A stretch of 62,948 nt of DNA, filler included, from Stramenopiles sp. TOSAG23-6 (taxonomy: Eukaryota), in NCBI GenBank assembly GCA_900128565.1. It is 7 parts of 7 records of this genome, joined end to end, with 100 filler letters (N's around TTAATTAATTAA, not from the genome) between each part and the next. Parts side by side here need not be neighbours in the genome. Positions count along the whole stretch, not along the records: positions 10,306 to 20,508 come from LT636330.1; positions 20,609 to 30,796 come from LT636331.1; 5 more parts are not named here. The stretch is one strand, 5' to 3'. The position numbers were made by a program, and so were the translations under genes. The notes beneath the pieces are model-generated. The model did no database searches. It was not told where the DNA came from and saw nothing but the letters and a program-made list of their open reading frames with translations. Of this stretch, positions 11,677 to 23,600 are shown piece after piece. Position 1 is the stretch's first letter, and each line of letters starts with the position of its first letter.

Positions 11677-13371
11677 ATGATCGCAAATCGCTTTGATCGT
11701 TATGTTATTAAGGAACAACTAGGTGTAGGGCTCCAGGGTGAAGTGTACCTCGGAGAAGATCCTCAAACTGGTGAGCAAGTAGCTCTGAAATTTGTTGATA
11801 AAATAAAATTGAGTGCTCGTTCGTTGCGTAATCTTAAGCGAGAAGTTGAGGTTATGACTGCCGTAAGTGACCATCCTAATGTAGTTCGTATTATTTCCGT
11901 TGATTGGGATGCATCTATTCCTGTTGATCTTGAGGATAATGTATTTAACTTTGACTCAATGGATTTGGATAGTAATACTTCAAAAAGTGTAGACGTTGTT
12001 GAAAATATGTCTGTTGATGACGGAGCTTCTGGAAGAACAACTACTAAATTTCATCCAACAGATGGTGACACAAAACCTGTTGTAGCCCTGATTATGGAAT
12101 TTGCAAAAGGTGGGGAGCTCTTTAACTATCTTATGTACTCTGGATGCTTTTCGGAAGTAATGGCTAGGTCATACTTCCGTATGATAATCTCTGCTTTGGA
12201 TCACTGTCATAAAGAGGGAGTAACACACCGTGATATAAAGGCTGAAAATATTCTCCTTGATGAAGATTTTAATTTAAAACTTGCTGATTTTGGTCTCTCT
12301 GCTCGGCATGAGGATCAAGATCAAGTTGACAATGACGTCAAAGTTGTTGTTAAAATGAATACGATATGTGGTACCGCGGGATATATGGCTCCAGAAATTA
12401 TTTCCCGGAAAGCTTGTGGTTATGATGGGCCTCCAACTGATGTATGGTCTGCTGGTATCCTCTTATTTATTATGATTGCCGGTTTCCCGCCAATGCAACA
12501 AGCGGCACGGGGAGATTGGTGGTATGACCGCCTGTATCATCGCCAGTTATCACATTTCTGGAAAGCACATATGCGTACTTGTCCTGATTTTCCAACTGGA
12601 GCCATGGAATTATTAAATAAGATATTTTTTGTAGATCCAGAAAAACGCATCACAATAGATGAAATAAGAAAGAATATTTGGTTCAATGGGGAGACGCTGA
12701 CACCCTCAGCAATGAAGCATGAATTATTAGAACGCCAGGAAAAAGTTAAACAGCATCGAGCGACGGAAAGGGCAAAGAAAGAGGCTACAATACGTAAAAA
12801 AAAACGTAGTAATCGATCACAGAATAGAGGCACCCGTGCAGATTATGGGACTACTGTGTACCGAGGTGAATCTACTGTTTCAAATAGTCAAAAATGTTCT
12901 ATACCAATAACGGCTACTGTTGCCTTGGCGCGATTGCGTGGTACTCATCATACTTGTTCTCTAAGAGGTACAATGACGGATGTATACGAAAGAATAAAAG
13001 AATCACTCACTGTAGCCGGTGCACAGCCAAAGACAATACTTCTTCAAGAATCCGGTCGAGTGTTTTGTCAAGTTTTATTAGAAGCGAAGAAATTCGATGT
13101 ATTATTACGATTGTTTAATAATGACAAACTTGAGGATAACCAAAAGAACAATAACAGAGAAATTGAATATTTTGTGTTAGTCAGGTTAGCTTCACCCGTA
13201 TCAACTTTAGTCTTCAACAATTTCTTTTGCAAATTCGAAAATAATTTAGATGGAATTAGTGAAGAAGAAACAGATTTTAATGACAGCAAATTTAACTGTC
13301 GGGTTTTGAAACCTCCACCAAATAGCATTCAAAGTCTAGTTGATGAAGAAGAGAAAATAATAATGAAATAA
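11677..13371 (+). CDS. CAMK/SNF1-like Ser/Thr protein kinase
   Basis: GVGLQG, VALK, HRDIKAEN, DFG, CGTAGYMAPE, DVWSAG; intronless. Confidence 0.92.
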   Translation: MIANRFDRYVIKEQLGVGLQGEVYLGEDPQTGEQVALKFVDKIKLSARSLRNLKREVEVMTAVSDHPNVVRIISVDWDASIPVDLEDNVFNFDSMDLDSNTSKSVDVVENMSVDDGASGRTTTKFHPTDGDTKPVVALIMEFAKGGELFNYLMYSGCFSEVMARSYFRMIISALDHCHKEGVTHRDIKAENILLDEDFNLKLADFGLSARHEDQDQVDNDVKVVVKMNTICGTAGYMAPEIISRKACGYDGPPTDVWSAGILLFIMIAGFPPMQQAARGDWWYDRLYHRQLSHFWKAHMRTCPDFPTGAMELLNKIFFVDPEKRITIDEIRKNIWFNGETLTPSAMKHELLERQEKVKQHRATERAKKEATIRKKKRSNRSQNRGTRADYGTTVYRGESTVSNSQKCSIPITATVALARLRGTHHTCSLRGTMTDVYERIKESLTVAGAQPKTILLQESGRVFCQVLLEAKKFDVLLRLFNNDKLEDNQKNNNREIEYFVLVRLASPVSTLVFNNFFCKFENNLDGISEEETDFNDSKFNCRVLKPPPNSIQSLVDEEEKIIMK

Positions 13372-13413
13372 TAAAGCATCTTTTTAAACAAATAAAAATA
13401 GACGAATTATATT

Positions 13414-15301
13414 TTAACCTCGAACTAGTGCAGCAGTGTCATATACTCCACATTGCATGTCTATGACATATTTACCTTTTAAAGCTTCCACAAGTTTGGG
13501 TGTAGTTTGATCCATCTTACAGTCATATCCTAATCTACCATGATCGCATTTACCCCACGTATACAATTCTCCAGTATCCGTAAGAGCAGCAGTGTGTGCT
13601 GTACCACACGCAATGCGTTTAACACCTCCTCCGATACCTTCAAGAACGACACGCGGAATTGGTGCGGAATTTCTATGCGCCTGGCCCAATTGACCAGATT
13701 TACAACTGCCCCATGTGTATACAGCGCCTTCTGAGGTTAGAGCAGCTGAGTGCCAACAACCACATGCTATCATTACAATATTCATTGCATCTAAATTCTC
13801 CACCTTGGTTGGTATAAATTTATGCCCCACTTCTCCATGTCCTAGTCTACCATCATCATCAAATCCCCAAGTGAATACGGTACCAGAAACACTCAAAGCA
13901 GCTGAGTGATGCCCTCCACAAATTACCTGAGAAATAGGTTCTGTAAATGACTGAACCTTTTTTGGACAAAGTACATTGGCTTCATCGCCATGACCAAGTC
14001 TACCATCTTTACCAAGGCCCCACATCCAGACACTCCCATCAATCGATATTGCAGCGGTGTGTAAGCCACCACATGCAACATCGGTAAATATTAGTTGCGG
14101 ATCCATAGATCGTGTTTTATGATGGGGAGTCGTAGATATCTCAATTTCTGAATCTGTAGCAAAATCTTCGGATGCAGGAGTAACTTGAGGAACAACACCG
14201 CGAACAGATCTCATGATTCTGAACAGATCACCATTTGAATGAACTCTTCCCATGATTCGATGATCAATTTCTATATTATCAACTTCTGAATGAACTTGCT
14301 GAGAATTTTCAAAATTTTCTTCTTCTTCAACATCAGGTATAACAAACCTAATTTTTTTTGGTGAAAAATGACTCTCTTTATCACCATGACCTAATCGACC
14401 ATTTTTGCCAAGTCCCCATGTATAGAGCTCGCCATCAACTGTAAGGGCAGCTGTATGCAATTCACCACACACGACAGTTTTTATTTGAATATGTTTTAGA
14501 CTTTGAAGTGCTTTGGGCACATATACTGTGAAAAATATTTTTTTGGAAAATTTGTTAGGTACGAAATTTCGTACGAAAAAAAAATCGAAATTGAAAAAAA
14601 ATAAAACATACTAAGACATCTTTTTCATCACCATGACCAAGACGCCCATCTCCACCATAACCCCATGTGAATGTTTCATTTTCAAAAGTTAGTGCGGCAG
14701 AGTGGCTTGTACCCAGGGAAATACATTTTATACGGCGAAACAGTAAAGCTGAAACAACTCGAGGGCTATGAATTGATCGGCGATCACCATGTCCAAGTTG
14801 ACCATATTCACCAATTCCCCAAGTGTATAAACAAGTTTGTTCTTCACTATCCATCACATGAAAATATACTAATTCCTCTTTTACAAGATCTGCATTGACT
14901 CCAGGAGGAATAAAGATTTTTCCGGTGCGATGGAAGTTTAGTACAGCTGAAAAAGCCTTTGGATCTCTGTCAAAGAAAAACTCACCGTTTACATCAGGTT
15001 TTAGAATTGCACGGTTTCTCTCAGAGAACATCGTTCCCAGCAAAGTATCTGGTACAGAGCATAACGTATCAATGCGTGTTTCAAAACGAACACCACCTAC
15101 ATTGAGCGTAACTCTATCCATAAATTCATTATCAATAGAATCAGACATATGGGTATCTTCTTTAGAAACCTGAAGCAAAGATTCATAGTTCAGAGTTTCT
15201 GAAGGCGGAACCTGTCTAGACAATTCAAAGCTTTTACGACGCATAGAAGCATCTTTATGCTTTTCAGAAGTATAATGCATTCCAGAAGAACTCGAAGCCA
15301 T
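13414..15301 (-). CDS. BTB/POZ (KCTD-type) + RCC1-repeat protein (exons 15301-14612, 14520-13414)
   Basis: VTLNVGG..FFDRDP BTB domain; repeated YTWG..G.LGHG RCC1 blades. Confidence 0.9.
14521..14611 (-). mobile_element. Non-canonical GT..AT intron (91 nt)
   Basis: GTATG...TATAT, phase 0; gives LGHGD-x6-P like the sister repeats. Confidence 0.9.
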
Positions 15302-15553
15302 AATGATGATATGTATCTATATTTAGGTAGTATTACAGATAAGACTCTTAAAAACTTAAAGTAGAAAAATGGTACAAATAAAATAAAATACGGATTTCGT
15401 GTTTTGGACATCCATTTGCGCATTTCAAAAGAAGATAAATCTTGTTGACTTCTTTATTATTATTATTGATTTACATTTACATTACATCACATGAAATCGG
15501 CTACTAAAACAATTGAAGATTTCATTGAAATCTTGTTTTATATACCAAGTTTA

Positions 15554-17065
15554 TTAAAATTTAAGTTTATCAGGATTATCCTTTTCATTAATAATATCAG
15601 CAAGAGCTAAAAGAGATCTATGACCAGTAACTAACGTGCTTATGGTATCTATAAGCCTAACAGTTTCTACCTTACCAGCCATTATCAGAGCCATTCCAGC
15701 AGCAAAAATATTTCCATCAAAATCAATATAATCAGGATTCATTGTTACAACACAAAGGTACGCGAAAGCTCCATAATAAATCACAAAAGCTAAACCATGT
15801 GCAGTTTCTTCGAAAACTAGTTTCATGAAAAAAAAATGAAAGGACCGCTTCCGATATACAAAAGCTGCTTCTGCCACTAACTTTGCTTTTTTATCAAGAT
15901 CTTCATTACTTTCAATGATATCGGATTTCATGACACGTTTTACTGTTGAAGCCACCAAGCTACCAAATCTCAACCTCCAAAGAAAACCTAGTTGTGCAAG
16001 CTCTTCTACTGGGTTTCGGTATAAAGAGAAGACCAAAATCACTAAAAGGTAGTTTACTATGGTTGTTCCTGCATAAAGAATATTTATAGTGTAACCATCT
16101 TTATCGCGTAGGTAAATTAAAGACGATACAACTGTTGTTAAAGTATATGCAGCATAATATGGAATCATGAAAGATGATCCCCATACTTTTATGATTGCGT
16201 CATCAATGCATGTGTCCTGAATTTGTACACAAGAAGATGGTGTCTGTCTTGCTCCAGCATGAACTTGGCCAGCACTTCTATCCAGCTTATTTGCTTTAAA
16301 ATTTCGATGTAACCTCAAGAGTCTTCTTTGAAAGACATGACGAAAGTGAAAACGAATTGCTGCTAGAGGTACATCAGTTTGAAATTGATAATATAAACGC
16401 GATCGTAACATCGCTAAAAACGTAATCACAGATAATACTATCCAAACATACGCCCAGTCTGAATCTTTTGGTGTCAACTCATCATCAGCAATTTGACTCA
16501 CACGAAGAGCAATCTGGGATACTAACCTAATACCAATTACTTTAATTATCCCGAGTAAAAATTGAATAAAAAAACATTTTCGGGCGTCATACTTCGCTTG
16601 TGGTAACGAATAAACAAATACACAAAAGTTCCAAGAATCTTTAAATAAACCTTGAGTATTTACCCCATTTGGCCACGGCAACTCCCCGACCCATTCACAT
16701 TCAGGTTTCAATATAGGCATTTCTATTGGGTCCAGTATTTTTGCGCAACAAGAACCGTCCCGCCAAATTTTGTGAAATAGTAAGTGATGCCAGCGAAGTT
16801 CTATTTTCCTTTCGCGTTCAATAGCTTGAGGTAATACTTTCCTCACTCTACTTGCCCGTCCATCAGCAAGACCGTGCGACTCTATAGAGTCAACAAATTC
16901 AGTACCTTGATCTACCTTTCGCATCATAACCTCACTGGGAAAACTTATTCTTCTTGTAACAGTTGTACTATCAATACTGCTTGCCACCGGGCGGGATGAG
17001 CTAGATACTTCAACCGACACAGTAAGTGGATTGCTGGTGTTTTTGCTGGTATCCTTTCCTTCCAT
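15554..17065 (-). CDS. Multi-pass membrane protein, possibly ABC-transmembrane-like
   Basis: ~500 aa ORF with about six hydrophobic segments; no ATPase motifs. Confidence 0.6.
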   Translation of the reverse strand: MEGKDTSKNTSNPLTVSVEVSSSSRPVASSIDSTTVTRRISFPSEVMMRKVDQGTEFVDSIESHGLADGRASRVRKVLPQAIERERKIELRWHHLLFHKIWRDGSCCAKILDPIEMPILKPECEWVGELPWPNGVNTQGLFKDSWNFCVFVYSLPQAKYDARKCFFIQFLLGIIKVIGIRLVSQIALRVSQIADDELTPKDSDWAYVWIVLSVITFLAMLRSRLYYQFQTDVPLAAIRFHFRHVFQRRLLRLHRNFKANKLDRSAGQVHAGARQTPSSCVQIQDTCIDDAIIKVWGSSFMIPYYAAYTLTTVVSSLIYLRDKDGYTINILYAGTTIVNYLLVILVFSLYRNPVEELAQLGFLWRLRFGSLVASTVKRVMKSDIIESNEDLDKKAKLVAEAAFVYRKRSFHFFFMKLVFEETAHGLAFVIYYGAFAYLCVVTMNPDYIDFDGNIFAAGMALIMAGKVETVRLIDTISTLVTGHRSLLALADIINEKDNPDKLKF

Positions 17066-17642
17066 TTTGTCGAAGTTCAAAAGAGAATTCGATATTAACT
17101 ACTTCTACTAATACTGGAGTATTGCATGATTATTAATGACAAAAATCTATCAATAAAATGAAAAAAACTTCAAAGATTCTTTAAAATAAAGATTCAGAGA
17201 ATTTGCGCCAACACCTGAATGAATAGAAAATCCTATGTGCAAATAGAAGTGCAAAAATATTTGAAGTCTTTTTTAAAGAGAGAACACGCCGTAAACATAT
17301 ATATACCTAAGTATGTTGATTGAATTGTTGTAGTACAAGAATGGCTACTTCTATACGATATTCTTTCATTCAAGCCAAGGATACTAAGGACAGTTCCCAA
17401 ACCTTTCCGGGCGAAAAAAAAGAAAGATTNNNNNNNNNNNNNNNNNNNNNNNNNNNNNTTTTTAGATTCGCGAATCTGAAATCTAAAAATCGCGACTGAC
17501 TTTCTTTTTTTTAATTTTTTCGTCATATATTTCGTGTTTCTAAGAAAAAATTAATAAATGCATGACGACGGACATCGACACATCGACATGACGTACAAAT
17601 TGAATTGAATTAAATAAAAATTAATGAAAAATTCAGAATTAT

Positions 17643-19016
17643 TTATTTTCTTGCCCCTTCGCCAAGAAACTTATCTTTTCGTGGAATCTTAGGTCTGTCT
17701 CCTCGACCAAATTGCCCACTAGGAAATGAGTCTTGTTCTTTATAAAGATGTTTCGCAAGTTTAGTATCATCTCCATAGAAATTAAAATAACAAGAGTTTG
17801 AGTACTCATCTGTGTCTTTTCCATCAGCTGGAGAATATTTCCTACAACATCCAAGACACTGACAAACTTTAAATGCAGGGTTCATACCATTATCACCACT
17901 TATTTTAGCATTCCAACTTGACCAAAAACCTTTTTTTATTGCAGTATCAACAAATTTATCACATTTTTCTCGCGTTCCTCGGAAAAGAGTTCCTGTATCT
18001 TTCCATATACCACCACGAGGTTTTCCTCCTATTTGTGGATCTATTGAACCTTGCTTCTCCATTCCCTTTTTCAAAGTTGAAGAAGCATAAGATCCCAAAG
18101 AGGTGCATACACCATATCCTGCATATTTATTTGCAAATGTTAAAGTTACACCTTTACGACATATAAGACATGCATTAGAAACTTGAAGAGTTGGTTTTAT
18201 TCCCGTTTCTGGGTCTATTTCTTCTTGAAAAGCCCTATCTTGAGTACATATTGGGTGAGGTAATATAGGAGTTAAAATGTTATTTCCATAGATTTTATCT
18301 TCTACCCATGCGTGTAGAAATGGATCATTCCTTTCACAGCATTTCCCAACTACACACATTCTTGCCACAATAGGTGCACAAAGTGCTGCTTTTATCGATG
18401 GATCTTCTCCTATAGGTGCAAAAAGGGTTTCTTTATCTTCAAGCTTGTTATTCAGCTCAACTGAGCACGTTGCCATTCCAACTTTTAAGCAAAATGTAAG
18501 GCAATAATCACGATTACATTGATTCAGTGTATTGAGTACAAAGTAATCTGAACCAGCGTCATTCTTATGACTCTTCATATCTGGATCATATCTACAATTC
18601 TCTTTGACTAATTCTGGACAAATTCCATTACCACTGAGCCAATCACCGGAGCTGGGTTGTTTTATGTCTTTCTGACCAAATTCTAAATTCTTGAGATTAT
18701 CTCTGTAACCTATGATACCAAGATTATCCATACCTAATTCTGCTGCTTTTTTCCCTAAAGCATTCATACTTTTCTGAGCATCTATAAGTTTTTGCTTTGC
18801 GTCAACACTTTCCTGTGCTCGAAGCTCAGCCATTCCCTCCTTTACTTCTGCAGACCATTCTTTCAGGACCTTTAACTCTTCTGGACTTAACTTTTCTTTC
18901 ACCAAGTCTCGGAAAGAATTTGTATTATCGGCACTGTGATGAGGGCAAAATAAATGAAACATTATCATTACTTTCATCAACATGTATACCATCGTTATCC
19001 TAAGAAAATCTACCAC
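17643..19016 (-). CDS. Cys-rich hypothetical protein, possibly secreted
   Basis: 457 aa ORF, hydrophobic N-terminus, many Cys. Confidence 0.6.
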   Translation of the reverse strand: MVDFLRITMVYMLMKVMIMFHLFCPHHSADNTNSFRDLVKEKLSPEELKVLKEWSAEVKEGMAELRAQESVDAKQKLIDAQKSMNALGKKAAELGMDNLGIIGYRDNLKNLEFGQKDIKQPSSGDWLSGNGICPELVKENCRYDPDMKSHKNDAGSDYFVLNTLNQCNRDYCLTFCLKVGMATCSVELNNKLEDKETLFAPIGEDPSIKAALCAPIVARMCVVGKCCERNDPFLHAWVEDKIYGNNILTPILPHPICTQDRAFQEEIDPETGIKPTLQVSNACLICRKGVTLTFANKYAGYGVCTSLGSYASSTLKKGMEKQGSIDPQIGGKPRGGIWKDTGTLFRGTREKCDKFVDTAIKKGFWSSWNAKISGDNGMNPAFKVCQCLGCCRKYSPADGKDTDEYSNSCYFNFYGDDTKLAKHLYKEQDSFPSGQFGRGDRPKIPRKDKFLGEGARK

Positions 19017-19232
19017 GATAGCTAGTATACGTGTTACAGTACTACGCTAGGATCTCCTCCTCTCTCGATCTCCTCCGCTCGGAGATTTTTACAGCCTATA
19101 AATTCGAAATTCATTTTTGATGTTTCAAACTTTTGAATCAAATTATAATTCGCGGGAGCTCAAAACGAAGAAAAGAAGGTTATAATCCAAAAGAGAACAT
19201 TTCCAATCTCAAATCATAGTTTAATCAAGCAG

Positions 19233-20508
19233 ATGAATTCTGCTGACAAGGAAAATGACGTCTGTACTTCACGCACATCTCGAAGCTTAGTGCGAAATGG
19301 TCTCAAAGAACGAGTTGATTTAGATAGTCTTTCCTCAGCTGAAATATATAAGGAAAAACGTAAGAAGAGGACGCCGCTCCCACCAAGGAGTATATCACGT
19401 ACAAAGAGGGCCCGTGCCATTAATAAAGTTAATGAAAAGAAACTTTTGAGAGAGAAACAGCATAATGAAGATAAAAAAGGGGAGCATACCATGACTTTCA
19501 CAGAAGCGTCTCTTGGAAGTTCAACAATTTCGAAGGAGAAGATTTCTTCAGGGACCAACCCTGTTCTATCCAAAGTTGCTCTACGGAAAATAAATCGCAA
19601 GGCTAGACTCACTAGACTTGGTCAAGCACCTCTTCGTGTTGCTGCAAAAATTCCAAACAAAGAAAATGCTTCGGAGAGAATTTCATCTCACGCACCCTCA
19701 TCATCGACAGTAATGACTGTCGCTGCGGCAGTGGCGACGGTTGGTGCCGCGACAGCGGTTGCTTCCTCTGCAGCGCCTATTGCACTTGTTGCAGCTGCTG
19801 CGTCTGCAGTAGTTGCTTCCGGTTGTGGCGGATCATCGGGTAGTAGTCGACAACAGCAGAAGAAAAATATTTCTAAGTNNNNNNNNNGAAGAAAAATATT
19901 TCTAAGCAGAATGAATTCTCTCATATTTTGAATTGGGAACCAACTCGAAAGTTTAAACACTCTAAACCGTCCACGTCTACAAAACCTGTGAAAAAAACTA
20001 CTCAACCAGTAAAAAACAAAAGGATAATGTATCTCAGCGTATGTATCTCGATGATGACGATGTTGAGGAAGATGAAACAGGTAATGTTGATATGGAAGAA
20101 GGAACAGTATGCTTCAAAAATTATAGTGCTATAATAGATGCTTTGGATGAAGAAGATGAAGACGGTGGTACTGTCTGCTTTAAGTCTAGGCCAGGTGTAT
20201 CTAGAGAATTTAAATCGCAAAATTCCAAAATGAGAGAAAATGAAACTCTTGTAATTAACGATAAAAAGAGACACACTGCTTCTACTCTAGAAAAGTCCTC
20301 CAAAATTTCAAGAAAATTCAAAAATAGTAATATACAAGCAACGAACACATCAATACAACAACCAGCACATAATCACTCAAAAGTTCCGATGCATTCGTCT
20401 TTCATTACATATATTGAGAATAAAAATTCTTTGGAAGATGTTACTATGGGAAGTGAACCTACACTTGTTTTGCAAAAACGTAGATCTAAAACAACAAAGA
20501 AGAGAGCG
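19233..20508 (+). CDS. Low-complexity hypothetical protein, partial (frame broken near Ns, 3' truncated)
   Basis: Consecutive ORFs 19233-19931 and 20041-20556. Confidence 0.5.
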
Positions 20509-20608
20509 NNNNNNNNNNNNNNNNNNNNNNNNNNNNNNNNNNNNNNNNNNNNTTAATTAATTAANNNNNNNNNNNNNNNNNNNNNNNNNNNNNNNNNNNN
20601 NNNNNNNN

Positions 20609-23600
20609 GTTGCCGTTGAAGGTTGTTATGGTACTGGTGAATGCTCCGACAAAACCCAAGAAAATACATGCAATCTCACTGAACAATGTACGTGGACTGC
20701 AGCTGGAACTACATTACTGGAAAGAGAAAGTTTTAAAACATGTGAGACACCAAATGATACAGGAAATGTTGGTACTTGGTATGGTCCTTTTTGTATTAGC
20801 GCCGAAGGTTGCTTTGGTGGAAATGAATGCAGACAATATACAGAAAGCAGTACATGTATAGATGATACAGCAAATGCGTGTTATTGGGTTAATGCAAATA
20901 GTATACTCTTGTCTGATCGTGTTGGTGAAACAGATTGCATAAGCGTAAATGCTACAACTAAAGAGTTTGGAGTCTGGACAAAATTAGATGTATGTATACT
21001 TGAAAACTCATTTGTTTCTTTGCTATCGCGTGATACACGGACTAGCTGCATTGCTGAAACAGATGGAAAAGTTGGTATATGGCGTGGTTATGCAGATGAT
21101 GATATATTATGCCCTGAAGATCATTGGATAGAGGGTCGCGACAGAGGAACTTGTTGGTATGGTGATCCAGCAACTGATGTGACAAAGGATGCGCCTACTG
21201 AAGAAATATGCAAACATGCTGGAGCTAATTGGGAACGCGAAAAAACTGCTTTTTATTGTGGAGGTGGAAATGGCAGCCCTACTGCTTGCAAAATAGGTTA
21301 CTATTGTCCTTCTTCTGGAAATGAAATTATATGCGGCAATGAAGGCAAGGGAAATGGGGATTATTGTCCTGAGGGAATCAAGGAAAAACTTGATTGTCCA
21401 ATGGGGTATTTTTGTCCAACGCCCAGTGAAAAGTATTCATGTTTATGGAGTGATTTAGTCGACGCCCAGGGAGGGATCGAAAAGCAAAGACAGTTAGAGT
21501 ATTTAGAAGATAAATCATTTGGATATATTTGTCGAGGAAGAAATGCTACACCAATTGGTTGTCCAGAAGGGTATTTTTGCCCCGATGGGATTTCAATGTA
21601 TGAGTGCTCCGAAACATACTTATGTGAAGCGAAGAGTAGTGCGATGCAGATTTGTCCACTTGGTTATTATTGTGAAACTCCACGCCAAAAAGTTAAGTGT
21701 GCAGATGAGCTCACATCAACTAAAGAAACAGAGGGATATTACTGCCCGGAAGGTTCCACTGCGATGAAAAAGTGTCTTGATGGGTATTACTGTCCTGATG
21801 ATACAAAGCAAAAGAGTTGTATATTTAATTCAGATGATGTGGATGAAAATTTGGTGTCAGCAAATAATTCTTGGACATGCCCTGAAGGATCAAAGTCACC
21901 TCAAGAATGTGATGGAGGGAGATTGTGCAATGGTTCTGGGACAACTATTGAGTGCCCTCCACAATATGTATGCAGAAAAGGAATGCAAAAAGAAAGATGT
22001 GAAGAGGGTAAAAAATGTGTGGCGGGTTCATCCTCAGTAGATATTTGTACAGTGGGGTACATATGTGTGCTTAATGAAGCGAAAGATTGCCCGGACGTTC
22101 ATTGTGAAGATGGCGAAATAACTATAGGTATATGTTCAAAGGGACGGATGTGTGTGCCAACACCAGATAAATTAGATGTAGAACAAGTTCCTTGTAAAAA
22201 AGGACATTTGGAAACAAAATACAAAAATGGAGATTTAGCAACATACTGTGAAGATGGAAAACATGAAATCTGTCCAGCTGGATATGAATGCCCAAATAGG
22301 GAGACCAAAACTGCTTGTGCAGAAGGGACATTTTGTGAAAGAGGAACATTCCATGCTCAGGATTGCGAGGTAATGTGGAGATGTCCTAGACCTGATTTAC
22401 CAAGAATACAATGCAATTGGGAAGAAGGCGAAAAGGAAAGAGGTTCATCGACAGATAATGTCAGCCATTATTGTCCTAAGCGAACACATACAGTCATTGA
22501 CTGTGAAACTGGATGGGACTGCGCAGATCATGATAATAAAGACGGTAAATCTGTTTGCGTGATCGATGAAGGGTGTTATGGTAATCTAGCATGTACAAAA
22601 ATTTTAAATGAATCCCTCTGTAATAGGTTTGTGGCTGATGGTTGCAAATGGACTAAAAGTCGTTCAGAAGTTATAAATTCTTTAAAAGAGTGCACGGAGG
22701 AAAATATTGAAAGATTAACTTTTGAAAATTGTGCGCGCCCTTTGGACCAATGTACAACAGTAGATTCAATCACAAAGCGTCAAGGAAAATTAAGGGGATC
22801 GAACACTGTTTGTGTATCTGTGGAAGGCTGTTTTGGATCAGGCGACTGTGAAGATCTCGTGGACCAATGCACAAAAGCACAAAATTGTGAATGGGTATTC
22901 TCAAATAGAGTTCTCTATGATCGTAACAAAGATACATGTGGAACAGAAAACAATTGGGGATTGAAAGGAACATGGTCCGAAAAGTATAGTCAATGTCTTG
23001 CAGTTGAAGGATGTTATGGATATGGAAATTGTCATGGTTTACGGAATGAATGTTCAATGACAAGTAGATGTTCATGGGCACAATCTGATGAAATACTTTT
23101 GAGCTCTCGAATTAATATATATTCGTGTGCTAGAAGACATAAAGAAGGGTATCAAAAAGGATCATGGCAGGAAGGGCGACGACCATGTCCGTCCGCGTTC
23201 TACTGCCCAGAAGCGGAATTACCAGCTAGTTGTAAAAGTACCTCTAATGAAGCCAATTATTGCCCCAGTGGAAGTAGTACTGTTAAAAAATGCCCTGAAG
23301 GTTACTATTGTCAAAATGAAGAAGAAATATACTCATGTAGTGAACGATGTAGAATTAATGATATAGATGATCCCGTCACAAAAGATAGACAAACTTGTAT
23401 AAACAAAAATAACGATGAGGATAAAGCAGAGTGGGTAGATATTGAAGCATGTAAAGATAATTCGACGTGTAAAGCATATTATTGCCCTGCAGGTAGCTCG
23501 GCGGCTACATATTGTCCTAAGGGTAGTTTTTGTGAAAATCCAATGAGAGTAGCAGATTGTTCAAATACTGGATGGTACTGCCCCGAGGGATCTTTCGAAA

